DNA of 64,000 nucleotides from Chiloscyllium plagiosum (Eukaryota): the NCBI RefSeq assembly GCF_004010195.1, contig NC_057720.1:21817696-21881695 (forward strand), written 5' to 3'. The translations under genes were made by a program, and so were the position numbers. Position 1 is the stretch's first letter. Every line of letters starts with the position of its first letter. The notes below the pieces were generated by a model. That model saw nothing but the letters and a program-made list of their open reading frames with translations. It was not told the DNA's origin and searched no databases. This document shows, in pieces, positions 49,556 through 63,050 of the stretch.

Positions 49556-51618
49556 TAATTAAAACTCCCATTATTTTGTAAGGCAAGGAAGTGTAGGCGA
49601 TTAAATTGGCTACTGTGTTGTAATGCCATGGCATTTGCCAAACATGGAAAATAGCTCAGTATTAGCCTAAATTTTGTTGATCTGTCAACAATATTAAAAA
49701 TAAACTCTGCTTATGATCATTGCACAGATGTATCTATGCTAATTTCAGATCAGAAGTAAAGGCCACATAAGGAATTCAGTTTACAAACTGTCTACGTATA
49801 TGTAATCTTACTGTTGCCTGGTGGATCAGATCAAGGAAAGAATGAGATTGAAAGCTATAACTTTTCTGTTCTCAAGTTGAAAACTCCTCTGCATTTTTAT
49901 ACAGGTGCCAATAGAATTATTTCAGATCTTAGAATTAACTTTATTGTCACACATACTCAAGTACAGCGAGTCGCCATTTATGGTGCCATTTTAGGTTAAG
50001 TACAAATTCTTAGGGTGGAAAAAAATAAAGAAATAAAAGGTCCATAGTATAGATTATAGGAATAGGCTGAAGAGTGTATGGCTGGGAATTCTATTATCGA
50101 CCCAGCTCAATTAGTTAACATGGTGCAATTGAAGGTTGAAATTTATTGAATCAACTAATAATTCACAGGGATTATTACATTGAGGAAATGCGCCAGAATG
50201 ATTTTCTTGCTGAACGCACTCATTCAACTAACAACTGTTGAGGTCAATATTAAGGATGTGAAACACCTTGGTTCTCAACACTGATAATTTGTCCATAAAT
50301 ACAGAAACCCGAATGAGTTTTTTGCTTGATTACATATTGTTTTGCTGTTCTTCAACAGCCTTAAAACCAAATTTTATCAGTTGGCATATCTTTTTGGACA
50401 CTTCAAAATTGTGTGTACTGCTGCAGTGACTACAATATTGCTTATTCTTTAAACACTTAACTATGATACCATCTTTGTGAATCTATATAGCATTTCCTCC
50501 ATGACTCCAAGTTGTTAGAATGTGGTGTGTAAATATGTACGTAATTCTTCAACAATGCTCCAACCAGTATTTTACATAAAATCATTATTGAACCCTTGAC
50601 TTTGTGTTCAGTGCTGCAAGGTTGAATTTCACCATGAAGGTGGGAAACTTCCACTGTACCATTTACATGCGCATAAACCTTTAATTGCTTAGGAGATAGG
50701 ATCCCTGTTCACTTAGAGCCAGCAAGGTGGAATTGTGGTACTTCAGACTATGTCAAGGCTGATTTAGACTTCCCAGGGCAGTCATGACCGAGGTTGCTGG
50801 TCCCAGAGAGGAAAGATCTGCTTATTGTATTAAAGTCTTCCAGAGCGCCAGGAAGAAACAAGGCAAGACAGGCTTTTGCTTCATCAGTCGACCTAGGTCT
50901 ATTGACGGAAGGCATGAAGGAGGTCTCCTTCCCCAAATGTGGAGGGATAAGGTCACCAGGATGTGTCGGACATTGAGTGGTTCACTGGAATTTCTTTTAC
51001 TATATCTGTGAATGCACTGTGCAGTTATTGACACGCTAAGCCACATGTCTGCAGTTTCTTGTTTTAGGAAAAGCGATATGAGGTGATGGAGGTTATTGGC
51101 CCTGCCATGATAAGGGCAAAGCCTCTGGTCAATTGTGCTTCATTCGTTGGTGTATTCCATGATGTAAATTCCATGTAAGTGTCAGTGTAGCTATTTCATA
51201 TTCCCTTCCCTACCATGCACCTCAAGCTGCCTCAGGAGGTGTCATCATGAGAACTCTCTTGGGTGCAATTTGCAAGGCCTCTGGCTGGTATTAAATATAG
51301 GATAGGTGAGTCCAACAGTTGGTGAAGGGCCTCTTGGCTGGTGTGCGCAGAGACACTGGCCTGTTTCCATGCTCTACCATTGCTGTGATTGTCAAGTGCA
51401 AAAGTCCAAATGCTGAGATCTATGCTAGAAGCACTTGCTTGTTTTCACATTTGCCAATTTACTTTCATAACCAATTTTCTCCCTTTCTATTGGCTTTTTA
51501 GTCATCTGCTAAATCCTAAATTTCCCAATCATCTGGCCTCACACTAGTTTTCACTGCTTTCATGTGCCTGATGTTTCCCTTAGTTTGTTTCCCAGCCTGT
51601 TTTAGACAACACTTATAT

Positions 51619-51770
51619 CATCCGAGGAGCAGGAGAATTGCATTTTTTGGGATGAAGTGCTCATGCCTGAAATGTCAATTCTCCTGCTCTTCAGATGCTG
51701 CCTGATCTGTGCTTTTCCATCACTACACTTTTTTGACTGATCTCCAGCAACTGCAGTTCTCACGTTCTAC
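51619..51770. mobile_element. Penelope-like terminus pair, internally deleted
   Basis: Inverted arms 51619-51640 and 51676-51697 around gatga-a-gtgc-tcat-gcct-gaaa-tgtc. Confidence 0.65.
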
Positions 51771-52592
51771 CAACTCTTGTATCATATCAACGTAATTGCC
51801 ATTATTTAAGTTGAGGATACTGGTTTGAGACGCAAGTTGGTCTCCATCTGACTGAATTTGAAGTTCTATTGTGATGCTGCACCTTTAACAAGGTTAGAGT
51901 CTCCTTAGAGTCTTTTTTTTTTTTGCTAGGAGATCGTAAAGACACAGACTACAAAATATCTAGGTTGATCTAATTGAGGAAGATCTTAAAATTGTCCAAT
52001 GAAAGGGGAGTGGCCAGTTCTCCCAGCTCAGCTCTTCTGTTTGGTTTGGGTTCAGAGCTGCTAGTCAATCAGTTTTGAGTCAGCTGGTCCAAGAAATAGC
52101 TCTATAGGAGAAGGTGTTCCATGCTGAATTTTTCTGCCCTCCTGCCACCTCCCCCCGGCCACCAGTTCATGCGGTAATCTTGCAAACAAGTCCTGTTTTG
52201 TTTGAAACAAAGTGTTTTTAAAAGTAGAGTTGCAGGTAGGTAGGATAGTGAAGAAAGAATGCTTTCCTTTATTGGTCAGAGTATTCAGTACAGGGGTTGG
52301 GAGGCCATGTTGCGGCTGTTCAGGATATTGGTTCGGACACTGTTGGGATATTGTGTGCAGTTTGGTCGCCTTCCATCAGAAGAGGGTTCAAAAAAGATTT
52401 AAAAGGATGTTGCCAGGGTTGGAGGATTTGAGCTATAAGGAGAGGCTAAATAGGCTGGGGCTATTTTCCCTGGAGTGTCAAAAGCTGAGGGGTGACCTTT
52501 TATAGAAGTTTACAAAATTTGAGGGAAATGGATAGGGTAAATAGGCAAGGTCTTTTCACTGCGGTGGGGGACTCCCGAACTAGAAGGCATAG

Positions 52593-55003
52593 AGTCCTAG
52601 AGATGTACAGCATGGAAACAGACCCTTCGGTCCAACCCGTCCATGCGACCAGATATCCCAACCCAATCTAGTCCCACCTGCCAGCACCTGGCCCATATCC
52701 CTTCAAACCCTTCCTATTCACATACCCATCCAAATGCCTCTTAAATGTTGCAGTTGTACCAGCCTCCATCACTTCCTCTGGCTGCTCATTCCATACACGT
52801 ACCACCCTCTGCGTGAAAAAGTTTCCCCTTAGGTCTCTTTTATATCTATTCCCCTCTCTCCCTAAACCTATGCCTTCTAGTTCTGGACTCCCCGACCCCA
52901 GGGAAAAGACTTTGTCTATTTATCTTATCCATACCCCTCATAATTTTGTAAACCTCTACAAGGTCACCCCTCAGCCTCCGATGCTCCGGGAAAACAGCCC
53001 CAGCCTGTTCAGCCTCTCCCTGTAGCTCAGATCCTCCAACCCTGGCAACGTCCTTGTAAATCTTTTCTGAACCCTTTCAAGTTTCACAACATCTTTCCGA
53101 TGGGAAGGAGACCAGAATTGCATGCAATATTCCAACAGTGGCCTAACCAATGTCCTGTACAACTGCAACATGACATTCCAACTCCTGTACTCAATACTCT
53201 GACCAATAAAGGAAAGATACCAAACGCCTTCTGCGACTCCACTTTCAAGGAGCTATGAACCTGCACTATGAACCTTTGTTCAGCAACACTCCCTCGGACC
53301 TTACCATTAAGTGTAGAAGTCCTGCTAAGATTTGCTTTCCCAAAATGCAGCACCTCCCATTTTTCTGAATTAAACTCAATCTGTCACTTCTCAACCCATT
53401 GGCCCATGTGGTCCAGATCCTGTTGTAATCTGAGGTAACCCTCTTCGCTGTCCACTACACCTCCAATTTTGGTGTCATCTGCAAACTTACTCACTGTACC
53501 TCTTATGCTCACATCCAAATCATTTATGTAAATGACAAAATGTAGAGGACCCAGCACCGATCCTTGTGGCACTCCACTGGTCACAGGCCTCCAGTCTGAA
53601 AAATAACCCTCCACCACCACCCTCTGACTTCTATCTTTGAGCCAGTTCTGTGTCCAAATGGCTAGTTCTCCCTGTATTCCATGAGATCTAACCTTGCTAA
53701 TCAGTCTCCCATGGGGAACCTTGTCAAACGCCTTACTGAAGTCCATATCAATCACATCTACTGCTCTGCCCTCCTCAATCTTCTTTGCTTCTTCAAAAAA
53801 ACTCAATCAAGTTTGTTAGACATGACTTTCCACGCACAAGCCATGTTGACTATACCTAGTCAGTCCTTGCCTTTCCAAATACATGTACATCCTGTCCCTC
53901 AGGATTCCCTCCAACAACTTGCCCACCACCGAGGTCAGGCTCACCGGTCTATAGTTCCCTGGCTTGTCTTTACCGCTCTTGTTAAACAGTGGCACCATGT
54001 TTGCCAACCTCCAGCCTTCTGGCACCTCACCTGTGACTATCAATGATACAAATATCTCAGCAAGAGGCCCAGCAATCACTTCTCTAGCTTCCCACAGAGC
54101 TCTCAGGTACACCTGATCAGGTCTTGGGGACTTATCCATTTTTAACCATTTCAAGACACCCAGCACTTCCTCCTCTGTAATCTGGACATTTTGCAAGATG
54201 TCACCATCTAATTCCCTACAGTCTATATCTTCCATATCCTTTTCCACAGTAAATACTGATGCAAAATATTCATTTAGTATCTCCCCCATTTTCTGTGGCT
54301 CCACACAAAGGCCGCCTTGCTGATCTTTGAGGGGCCCTATTCTCTCCCGAGTTACCNNNNNNNNNNNNNNNNNNNNNNNNNNNNNNNNNNNTTTTCCAGT
54401 CGTCCCTTTACCTGCGAACATCTGCCCCCAATCAGCTTTCGAAAGTTCTTGCCTATTACCGTCAAAATTGGCCTTTCTCCAATTTAGAACTTCAACTTTT
54501 AAATCTGGTCTATCCTTTTCCATCACTATTTTAAATCTAATAGAATTATGGTCGCTGGCCGCAAAGTGCTCCCCCACTGACACCTCAGTCACCTGCCCTG
54601 CCTTATTTCCCAAGAGTAGGTCAAGTTTTGCACCTTCTCTAGTAGGTACGGTGGCACAGTGGTTAGCACTGCTGCCTCAGTGCCAGAGACCTGGGTTCTG
54701 TTCCTGCCTCAGGCAACAGTCTGTGTGGAGTTTGTACATTCTCCCCGTGTCTGTGTGGGTTTCCTCCGGCTGATCCGGTTTCCTCCCACAGTCCAAAGAT
54801 GTGCAGGTTAGGTAAATTGACCATGCTAAATTGCCCGTAGTGTTAGGTGAAGGGAAATGGTCTGGCTGGGTTGCTCTTCGGAGGGTCAGTGTGGACTTAT
54901 TGCGCCGAAGGGCCTGTTTCCACACTAAGTAAGTAATCTAATCTAGGTACATCCACATACTGAATCAGAAGATTGTCTTGTACATATTTAAGAAATTCCA
55001 TTC
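52593..55003 (-). mobile_element. CR1 LINE nested in the plus-strand CR1 (small N gap at 54357-54391)
   Basis: ORFs 53384..53806 ([14 protein letters not shown]) and 53816..54613 (SDHN). Confidence 0.93.
54650..54943 (+). mobile_element. HE1-like V-SINE with a 7-bp target-site duplication TAGGTAC
   Basis: Duplication at 54643-54649 and 54944-54950; A box ggtggcacagtgg, V core, aatct tail. Confidence 0.92.
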
Positions 55004-55400
55004 CATAGGTTTAGGGTGAGAGGGGCAAGATATAAGAGACCTAAGGGTCAAGCTTTTCATGCAGAGGGTGGTACGTGTATGGAATGAGCTGCCAGAGAAG
55101 GTGGTGGAGGCTGGTACAATTGCAAAATTTAAAACGCATCTGGATGAGTATATGAATAAGAAGGTTTGGATGGGCGTGGGCCAGATGCTGGTAGATGGGA
55201 CTGGATTGGATTGGGATATCCGGTCAGCATGGACGGGTTGGACTGAAGGGTCTCATTTTGTGCTGTCCATCTCTATGACTCTGTAGTTGGGCCAGCTGCA
55301 TCGTTCCTGGAATATCCACTCTACACCTGCTTAAAACAAAGTTAGGGTCTCGGCTACTTTCCTGAAATGTTTTGAGGGTCTAACCTCATCCATAACCGAT

Positions 55401-55418
55401 CGGGGGCTCATATGGGAT
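55401..55418 (+). promoter_or_regulatory. Degenerate tRNA-Pro primer binding site
   Basis: cgggggctcatatgggat matches TGGGGGCTCGTCCGGGAT at 14 of 18 positions, 3 nt after the 5' LTR end. Confidence 0.75.
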
Positions 55419-55527
55419 TTGTTCTATAGTTCCAAATTGGGATTAGGGTTGTTGGACTCAAAAAGGTTGAGAGTGACATGTAGCAATGTCTTTTGTTCTT
55501 GGTGTTGACTTCGGTTGGTTTAAACAA

Positions 55528-57330
55528 TGCTTGGTATAGTCAGTTTTCTGGGGTTTGAATGCTTCCTTCTATAAGAAAAGGGGAGAGAATTGCAGCACTA
55601 GCTCAGTGTTTAAGTTTGCTGGAAATGCTATCAGAATCTTTAGAGATGGCTACAATTCAATTGAAAATGAAGCAGCTTGAGTGAGAGGCAAAAAACAATG
55701 AAAAGGTAAAAGAAATGAAACAGTTTGAATTCCGTTTAAAAGCAGAGGAAAGAAAATCAACAAATCGCATTAGCAGAACAAAAAGAAGAGAGAAAAGGAC
55801 GAAAGAGGAAGTTTGAACTTCAGAAATTGGCATTTACACTGAAAGTCAGCTTAAAAGGATGGAGCTGAAGGTAAGCTTAGTGAAAAAGAGTGAGGATGTG
55901 CAAACACATGGTGAGAAGCTGTTTAAATATGTTCAAGCATTGCCTAAATTTGATGATAAAGATGTGGATGAATTTTGTCTCATTGAGAAGGTGGCTAAAC
56001 AAATGCAGTGACCAGTGACCACGTGGGGTTTGTTGATCCAAACGAAACTTGTACGTTGAGGTAGTGAGGTATTCACATCACTATTACCAGAGGAGGTAAT
56101 CTGGTGCTTATAAGGAGGTGAAGAAAGCTATCTTAAGGGAGCTTGTGCCAGAAAACAACAGACAATGTTTCCGGAATCTAAGAAGGGACCCTGGTCAAAC
56201 CTATATTGAGTTTGAAAGGATCAAACAAAGTAATTTTGATAGGTGGATAAGGGCATTAAAAATAGAGCAATCCTATGACACACTTGACGATTATTTTGGA
56301 GGAGCTCAAAAATTCACTTCCTGAAATAAAGACAACTCGTGGAAGAGCAGAGAGTTAAAATTGCTAAATTAGCAGCTGAAATGGCTAATTATTATGAGTT
56401 GGTCCATAAATCTTCTAGTGAAAAGGGAAAGATAGATCTTTGTGAAGACCATAAGGATAATTTACCACAGGGTTAAAAAGAACACCCTTGAAGGGGACAG
56501 AGGGGTTAAAATGCTCCGGTGTTTTCACTGCAATAAAGTAGGTCAGGCGAAATCTGTGTTAATTGGTTAGGGAAAGCACTGGGAAGCCAGTGAATTTTGT
56601 TGGAGAGGTAATGAAAAGCACAATGGAGGCTAGAAAGCTGCACCAGAATGTAAACCTGGTCAGAGGTTAGTTAAGAAGGAAGTGCCAGATCATCTTAAAC
56701 CACATACCTTCAAAGTTATAGTTGATTTGCATAGGCCGGGAACAGCAGGTAAGGAGATTACAATATTGAGATACAGGATTCTCCCTATCTTTGTTGATAG
56801 ATATGTACCTCTGAAGGACTATTGCCAAAAAAAGTGCTAGTAACAGGAATTCACAGTGAGACAAAGTGAGGTTAGAATGTCCAGTTAAGAGTGGAGAAGT
56901 CGTGGTAGGAATACTGGACAAACTCTCAGCTCCAGGAATACCGTTTGTCCTTGCTAACCATATAGCTGGTTCACAGGTAGGAGTGCTGCTTATTGTGATT
57001 GAAAAACCAGTGGAAACTCAGGCAATTGAACTATTGCAGGACACACATTCTGGAATTTTTCGCGACTGTGTGGTAACAAGGTCACAAAGTCACCAGTTGA
57101 AACAGGAGAGATCAAAGAATATAAATAAAAATGTTGAAGTGGGATTAGCAGAGACCCTATTTGATCAAATGGTTGATACAAAACAGGAGCAGATAGATGA
57201 CAAAGCAGATATCTTTAGTTCAGATAAATTAACTGAGTACAGTAGAAAAATGAAATAGACTGTATCAGTTTAATGTCATTTCATTTGGAATGAAAAATGC
57301 ACCAGCCACATTTCAGAGACTAATCAATGA
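55528..57330 (+). pseudogene. Decayed gag (SCAN-like capsid and zinc knuckle), protease and a short RT fragment
   Basis: LPKFDDKDV, ELVPE..RQCFRNLRR..GQTYIEF, CFHCNKVG (from 56520), ITILR(D)TG, CVVTRSQ, LYQFNVISFGMKNAPATFQRLIN. Confidence 0.75.
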
Positions 57331-57687
57331 ATGGGGAGTGACCAGTTTGCCCAGCTCAGCGTTTCTATGGCTTGGTTTGGGTTCAGAGCTGCTTGTCAGT
57401 CAGGTTTGAGGTTGCTGATCCAAGAAACAGCTCCATGGGAGAAGGTGCTCCAGGCTAAATCTCTCCCTCCCTCCTGTAAGGTTCTGTGTTTGATTTTTAC
57501 CTTTTTTGTGCCAAGGGATGTTTGAGGATTTTTGCAGGAATTTGGAACAGCATCATTAAGTTGGTTTTTGGTTAAGTTATTCTATATTCTGTTCTGTTTT
57601 GTTTGTGGTTCATTTCATAATCATGCAAATAAATTCTGTTTTGTTTAGAACTAAGTAGCTGGGTCAGCTGCATCACCCCTGGAATAT

Positions 57688-59073
57688 AGAACATAAAACA
57701 ATACAGCGCAGAACAGGCCCTTCAGCCCTCGATGTTGCGCCGACCTGTGAACTAATCTAAACCCATCCTCCTACACTATCCTATCATCCACGTGCTTATC
57801 CAAGGATTGTTTAAATCTCCCTAATGTGGCTGAGTTACCTACATTGGCAGGCAGGGCATTCCATGCCCTTACCACTCCCCTGAGTAAAGAACCTGCCTCT
57901 GACATCTTAAATCTATCCCCCTCAATCTGTATCTATGCCCCCATGTACAAGCTGACATCATCCTAGGAAAAAGACTTTCACTGTCCATCCTATCTAATCC
58001 TCTGATCATCTCTCCTGTCTCTATCAAATCCCCTCTTAGCCTTCATCTTTCCAATGAGAATAGACCCATGTCTCTCAGCCTTTCCTCATAAGACCTTCCC
58101 TCCAGACCAGGCACCATCCTGGTAAATCTTGTCTGCACCTTTTCCAATGCTTCCACATCCTTCCTATAATGGGGTGACTAGAACCGTACAAAATATTCAA
58201 AGTGCGGTTGCACTAGCGATTTGTACAATTGCAGCATGACATTATGGCTCTGGAAATCAATCCCTCGACCAATAAAACCTAACACACCGTATGCTTTTTT
58301 TAACAGCACTATCAACCTGGGTGGCAACTTTCAAGGACCTATGTACATGGACTCCAAGATCCCTCTGCACATCAACACTACCATGAATCTTTATATTGAC
58401 CCCAGTAGTCTGCCTTCCTGTGATTCTTCCTAAAGTGAATCACCTCACATTTATCTGCATTGAACTCCATTTGCTACTTCTCAGCTCAATTCTGCAATTT
58501 ATCCAAGTCCCCCTGCAACCTGCAACATTCTTCCACTGTCCACTACATTAGTGTAATCTGCAAATTTACTAACCCATCTACTTATGCCTGCGTCCAAGTC
58601 ATTTATAAAAATGACAAACAGTAGCGGTCCCAAAACAGATCCTCGTGGCACACCACTAGTAACCAGACTCCAGGCTGAATATTTTCCATTAACCACCACT
58701 CGCAGCCTTCTTACAAAAGGCCAGTTTCTAATCCAAACTGCTAAATCACCTTCAATCCCATGCCTCTGCATTTTCTCTAACAGCCTACCATGTGGAACCT
58801 TATCAAAGGCTATACTGAAGTTCATGTACACCATGCCAACCACCCTACCCTCACCCACCTGCTTGGTCACCTTCTCAAAAAACTGAGGTTTGTGAGACAT
58901 GACCTGTCCTTGAGGAAACTATGTTGACTATCTACAATGAAATTGTTGCTTGCTAGATGATTATAAATCCTATCCTTTATAATCCTTTCCAAAACTTTTC
59001 CTACAACAGATGTAAGGCTCACTGGTCTATAATTATCTGGGTCATCTCTACTGTCCTTCTTGAACAAAGGCAG
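57688..59073 (-). mobile_element. CR1 LINE inserted in the 3' LTR
   Basis: ORFs 58499..58900 and 58867..59067 carry RT motifs. Confidence 0.9.
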
Positions 59074-60770
59074 TATCCTCTTTACACCTGCTTAAAACAA
59101 CTAGCAAAGATAAGGTCCAGGCTAATTTCTTGAAATATTTTGGCCTAGTCCATAACACTACTACATTGTGATCATTAGACCTTGTGGATCCTTTAATACA
59201 AGATTTCCTCTTAATCCTATTTCATTACAGATTGTCAGATCTGAAATAAATATTTCCAGATAGGTTCTGCAATTTATTGCACTGTGAGAATCCCTGTACA
59301 GATTTATCTAACTTGTTATCTATGCCCATGTGACCTGTGCATTCACTATGCAAATTAAAATCATCCATGACAATTGTTGTGCTCTTCTTACATGCTTCCA
59401 TTATTTCCTGGTTCATACTTTATACTACAGGGAATATTTCAGAGGTATATAGACCGCCCATGACCTCTTTCCCTTCCTATTCCTTATTTCTGTCTAAACT
59501 GATCCCACATCATGATCTATTGTACCTATGTCACTACTCCCCACACATTGACACTATCCTTTATTAATAAGGCTACTCCACCTCCTTTTCCTTCCTGCTT
59601 ATTTTTCTGGAATGTCAAATATGCTTGAATATTAAGTTCCCAGTCCTGGTCACCCTGTAACCATATCTGTGTAATAACTATCAAGTCAAATTTAATTTAT
59701 TTCTGTTTGTGCTGTTAAATCATCAACCTTATTACAAATGCTGTAAGGCATTCAGAAATGGAGACCTAAGCTTTGATTTTTTTTTAACCATTATTATTGT
59801 TTCTAATTTCTGCTCCTATTTTTTGCCCCTTTCTGTTACACTATTGTTTTGCTTGTCTGCTCTTGTTTCTTTATTTTGTTTTAAACTTGCTTGCAATTCA
59901 ACCTTCCCTTCAGCTAGGTTACAAACCTAATTATATAATTCTCCATAGTTCGGTCCCAGTATGATTCAAATGAAGCCTGTCTTGATGGAACAGATGTCTC
60001 TTCCTCTAGTGCCAGTGCCCCATTTCTCCCACATGAATTTTTGAGATGTGCACTTCTTCCTGTTCAGTGTTTTACCCTCCCTTACAAGGTTTTTCCCTTT
60101 ATTGCCACTGGACCCAAAAACCTGACAGTCATGCTCCCATTGCCTGCTTCAACTTTACTTTTGGGAAGGTTGCAACCTTAATATAATTAGAGGTCTTGAT
60201 GCTTTGACTTCTGCCTAGATGTCAACGGATGGTAGTAGTAACCATCTCTTTCAATGCCCCAATACAGGCGATCAGGCCAATGTCATCTCTCCATTTGTAC
60301 GTTCTTATTAGCCGAATATGCTGGAGGAATTTGGCAGTTCTGACACCAACTGAGGAGACAGAAACAGAATTAAGAGGCTTCCAGCATCCACAGTATTTTG
60401 CTATTACATGATCTTATGGGGCTGGAATAATTCCCCAAAGTAGGTATAACTGGGTCCCCACTTTATACCAGCCTCCCTGCGGCTGATTTAGCAATGGACA
60501 GCCCTGCAAAATACAAATATCCTCCTGTTAACAGCTCTCAAGTTGACTTTAATTGGGAGATGATCCATATTGCTGTCTTGCCTCCTCTAGCTCTGGTGAA
60601 CATTGCTGGCATCAAGGACACTGTCTTGAAAGTAATATGTCAGCTGGTGCTGCCATTTCCTGACCGTGGCCGTTCTCCCCCACTTCTGTTAGTGATCTTG
60701 GGAATGGTGTTGGAGGGTTTGCTGAAAATTCAACCCATAATCATTCTCATTTTTAAAAATCAGTGACCCC

Positions 60771-62430
60771 TGAATTGAATTGAATTTATTGTCACGTGTA
60801 CTGAGGCACAGTGAAAAGCTTTGTCTTGCGAGCAATACAGGCAGATCAGAGTTAAGTAGCATAGATAAGTAAATAATAGGTAAACAGCGGCAAAAACAAA
60901 AACACAGGTACAGGCAGATGTTAAGAGTTTGAGTGTCCATTAAGTATTCTAACAACAATAGGGTAGAAACTGTTTTGAAACCTGCTGGTGCGTGTATTCA
61001 GGCTTCTGTACCTTCTCAATGGTATAGGTTGTAGAAAAACATTGCCAGGATGGGAGGGATCTTTGAGAATGCTGGCGGCCTTTCCTCAACAGCGGGCCTG
61101 ATAGATGGGAGATTGGCCTTTGTGATTGTCTGGGAAGAGTTCACCACGCTCTGTAATCGATCTTGAATGGTACAATTGCCATACCAGGTAGTGATACATC
61201 CAGACAGAATGCTCTCGATCGTGTTTCTATAAATATTAACAAGGGTATTCGCTGTCATGCCAAATTTCCTCAGCTACCTGAGGAATAAGAGACATTGTTT
61301 GTAACCAGTGCATCTACGTGAAGAGTCCAAGAAAGCTTGGTATAGATGACCACTCCCAGGAGCTTGATTCTCTCCACTTGTTTCACCTCAGTGCTGTAAA
61401 TGTGTAGGGGGGCATGAGTATCTTCCCGCTGAAAGTCAATAATGAGTGCCTTGATTTTGCTGGTATTGAGAACTAGGTTGTTCTCAATGCACCATTTTTC
61501 CTCTCGTCTGTAGTTTGTTTTGTCGCCATCTGAGATTTGACCGACTATGGTGGTGTCATCAGCGAACTTGTAAATGGCATTAGTCTGGTATTTGACGATG
61601 CAGTCATGGGTATACAGTGAGTACAGTAGGGGGCAAAGTTTGCACCCCTGGGGGGCTCCAGTGTTGAATGTTTGTGGGGATGAAATATTGACCCCAATCT
61701 TTACTTATTGTGGCCTGTGGGTCAGGAAACTGAGGATCCAGTTGCAGAGAGTGGGGCTTAGTCTGAGATCAGTAAGTTTATCAATCAATCTTGAGGGGAT
61801 AATAGTGTTGAAGACTGAATTGTATCAGGGAGTAGGATTCTTATACAGCTGTTCTTGGTGTCAAGATGTTCTAGGGAGGAGTGAAGATCAAGTGATGTGG
61901 CATCTGACATGGATCTGTCGGTCCAATAGACAAATTAGAATGGGTCAAGAGTATTGGGGAGGCTGGAGTTGATTAATGCCATGACCAACCTTTCAAAGCA
62001 CCTCCATAACCATTGAACTTAGGGCCACTGGGCGGTAGTCATTGAGAAATGCTGCATGAGTCTTTTTAGGCACAGGGATGATGCTGGCCCTCTTGAAACA
62101 GGCAGGGACAGGGGCCTGCTGCAGGGAGAGGTTGAAGATGTCCGAGAAGAATTCTGCCAGTTGATCTGCGCATGCCCTGAGTGCACAGCCTGGTCCCATC
62201 GCTTTCCTTGGATTCACATTGAAGGAAAATTGATCTGACCTCTGATGCAGTGACTGTTGGGATAGGTTCTTCAGGACTTGTCGGAATAGTTATTATCTCT
62301 CTGCTGAAATTCTGCTCAAGACCGGCATAGAAGGCGTTGAGAAGATCTGGGAGGGATATGTCATCGTCTGCTATCTTGCACCGTCTCTTTTTAGAACCTG
62401 TGATGCCATTCATCCTTGCCATAATCACGG
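60771..62430 (-). mobile_element. Rex1/Babar-type LINE, 5'-truncated
   Basis: [44 protein letters not shown] and IESILSGCITTWYGNCT; (attca)n tail. A short plus-strand tail of the same type lies at about 28288-28337. Confidence 0.85.
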
Positions 62431-62564
62431 GGTGTCTGAACTTACTATTTGGGACTGCAATTACTAGAATTATCACTTTTTTTTCCAATTTGAATGGGAA
62501 ATACGTAACGTGGATAAATGAGTATTTAATAGAAACAAGTACGTTTTGCTATAAAATATAGCAG

Positions 62565-63050
62565 TTTTGGGCCAACTATCTAAGAAAAGATTGCTGGTGT
62601 TAGAGGGGGTCCAATGGAGATTCAAAAGAATGATTCCCGGGATGAAGGACTTATCATATGAGGAGTGGTTGAGGACTCCAGATGGAGTGAGTTTAAAAGA
62701 TGCCCGTGGTTGGGAAGGGGTGTTGGATCTGATCGAAAATTACAGAATATGGAGAGACCTGGATAGAGTGAACATGGAGAAAATGATTCTACTGGTAGGA
62801 GAGGCCAGGACCCAAGGGCACAGTGTGAAAATGAAGGGCTGATGCTTTCGAACTGAGGTGAGGTGGAATTTCTTCAGCCAGAGGATGGCTAATCTGTAAC
62901 ACTCATTGTTCCTGAGGGCTATGGAGGCCAAGTTGTTGAGAGAGGTTCGTTTGATTAGTAAGGTGATCGCAGGTAACAAAGAGAAGGCAGACAAATGGGT
63001 TTGAGAAATTTATCAGCTGTGATCAAATGGCCGAATTATGCTCCGATACT
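62565..63050 (+). mobile_element. Decayed CR1 3' fragment
   Basis: LEGVQWRFKRMIPGMKDLSYEEWL peptide. Confidence 0.75.

Larger units (their letters stand above)
52215..55283 (+). mobile_element. CR1 3' fragment inserted in the 5' LTR, itself split (52215-52592 and 55004-55283)
   Basis: ORFs 52212..52505 and 55059..55286 are consecutive CR1 parts; catag is present at both junctions. Confidence 0.88.
51870..59157 (+). mobile_element. Gypsy/Ty3 (Gmr1-like) LTR retrotransposon, internally deleted. 5' LTR 51870-52214 plus 55284-55397; 3' LTR 57325-57687 plus 59074-59157
   Basis: TGTGATG...CATAACA termini, ctat/ctac target duplication, matching LTR blocks, tRNA-Pro-type PBS, and gag, protease and RT remnants. 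Confidence 0.85.
51440..59760 (-). mobile_element. Old CR1 endonuclease region split by the LTR element (pieces ~51440-51869 and 59158-59760)
   Basis: Joining the flanks restores NDHNVELQIQ (SDHN motif). ORF 59225..59416 contains IVMDDFNLH. Confidence 0.65.

Noticed and set aside
54650..54720. tRNA gene
   Set aside because: It is the tRNA-derived head of a SINE, continuing into the V core and LINE-like tail.
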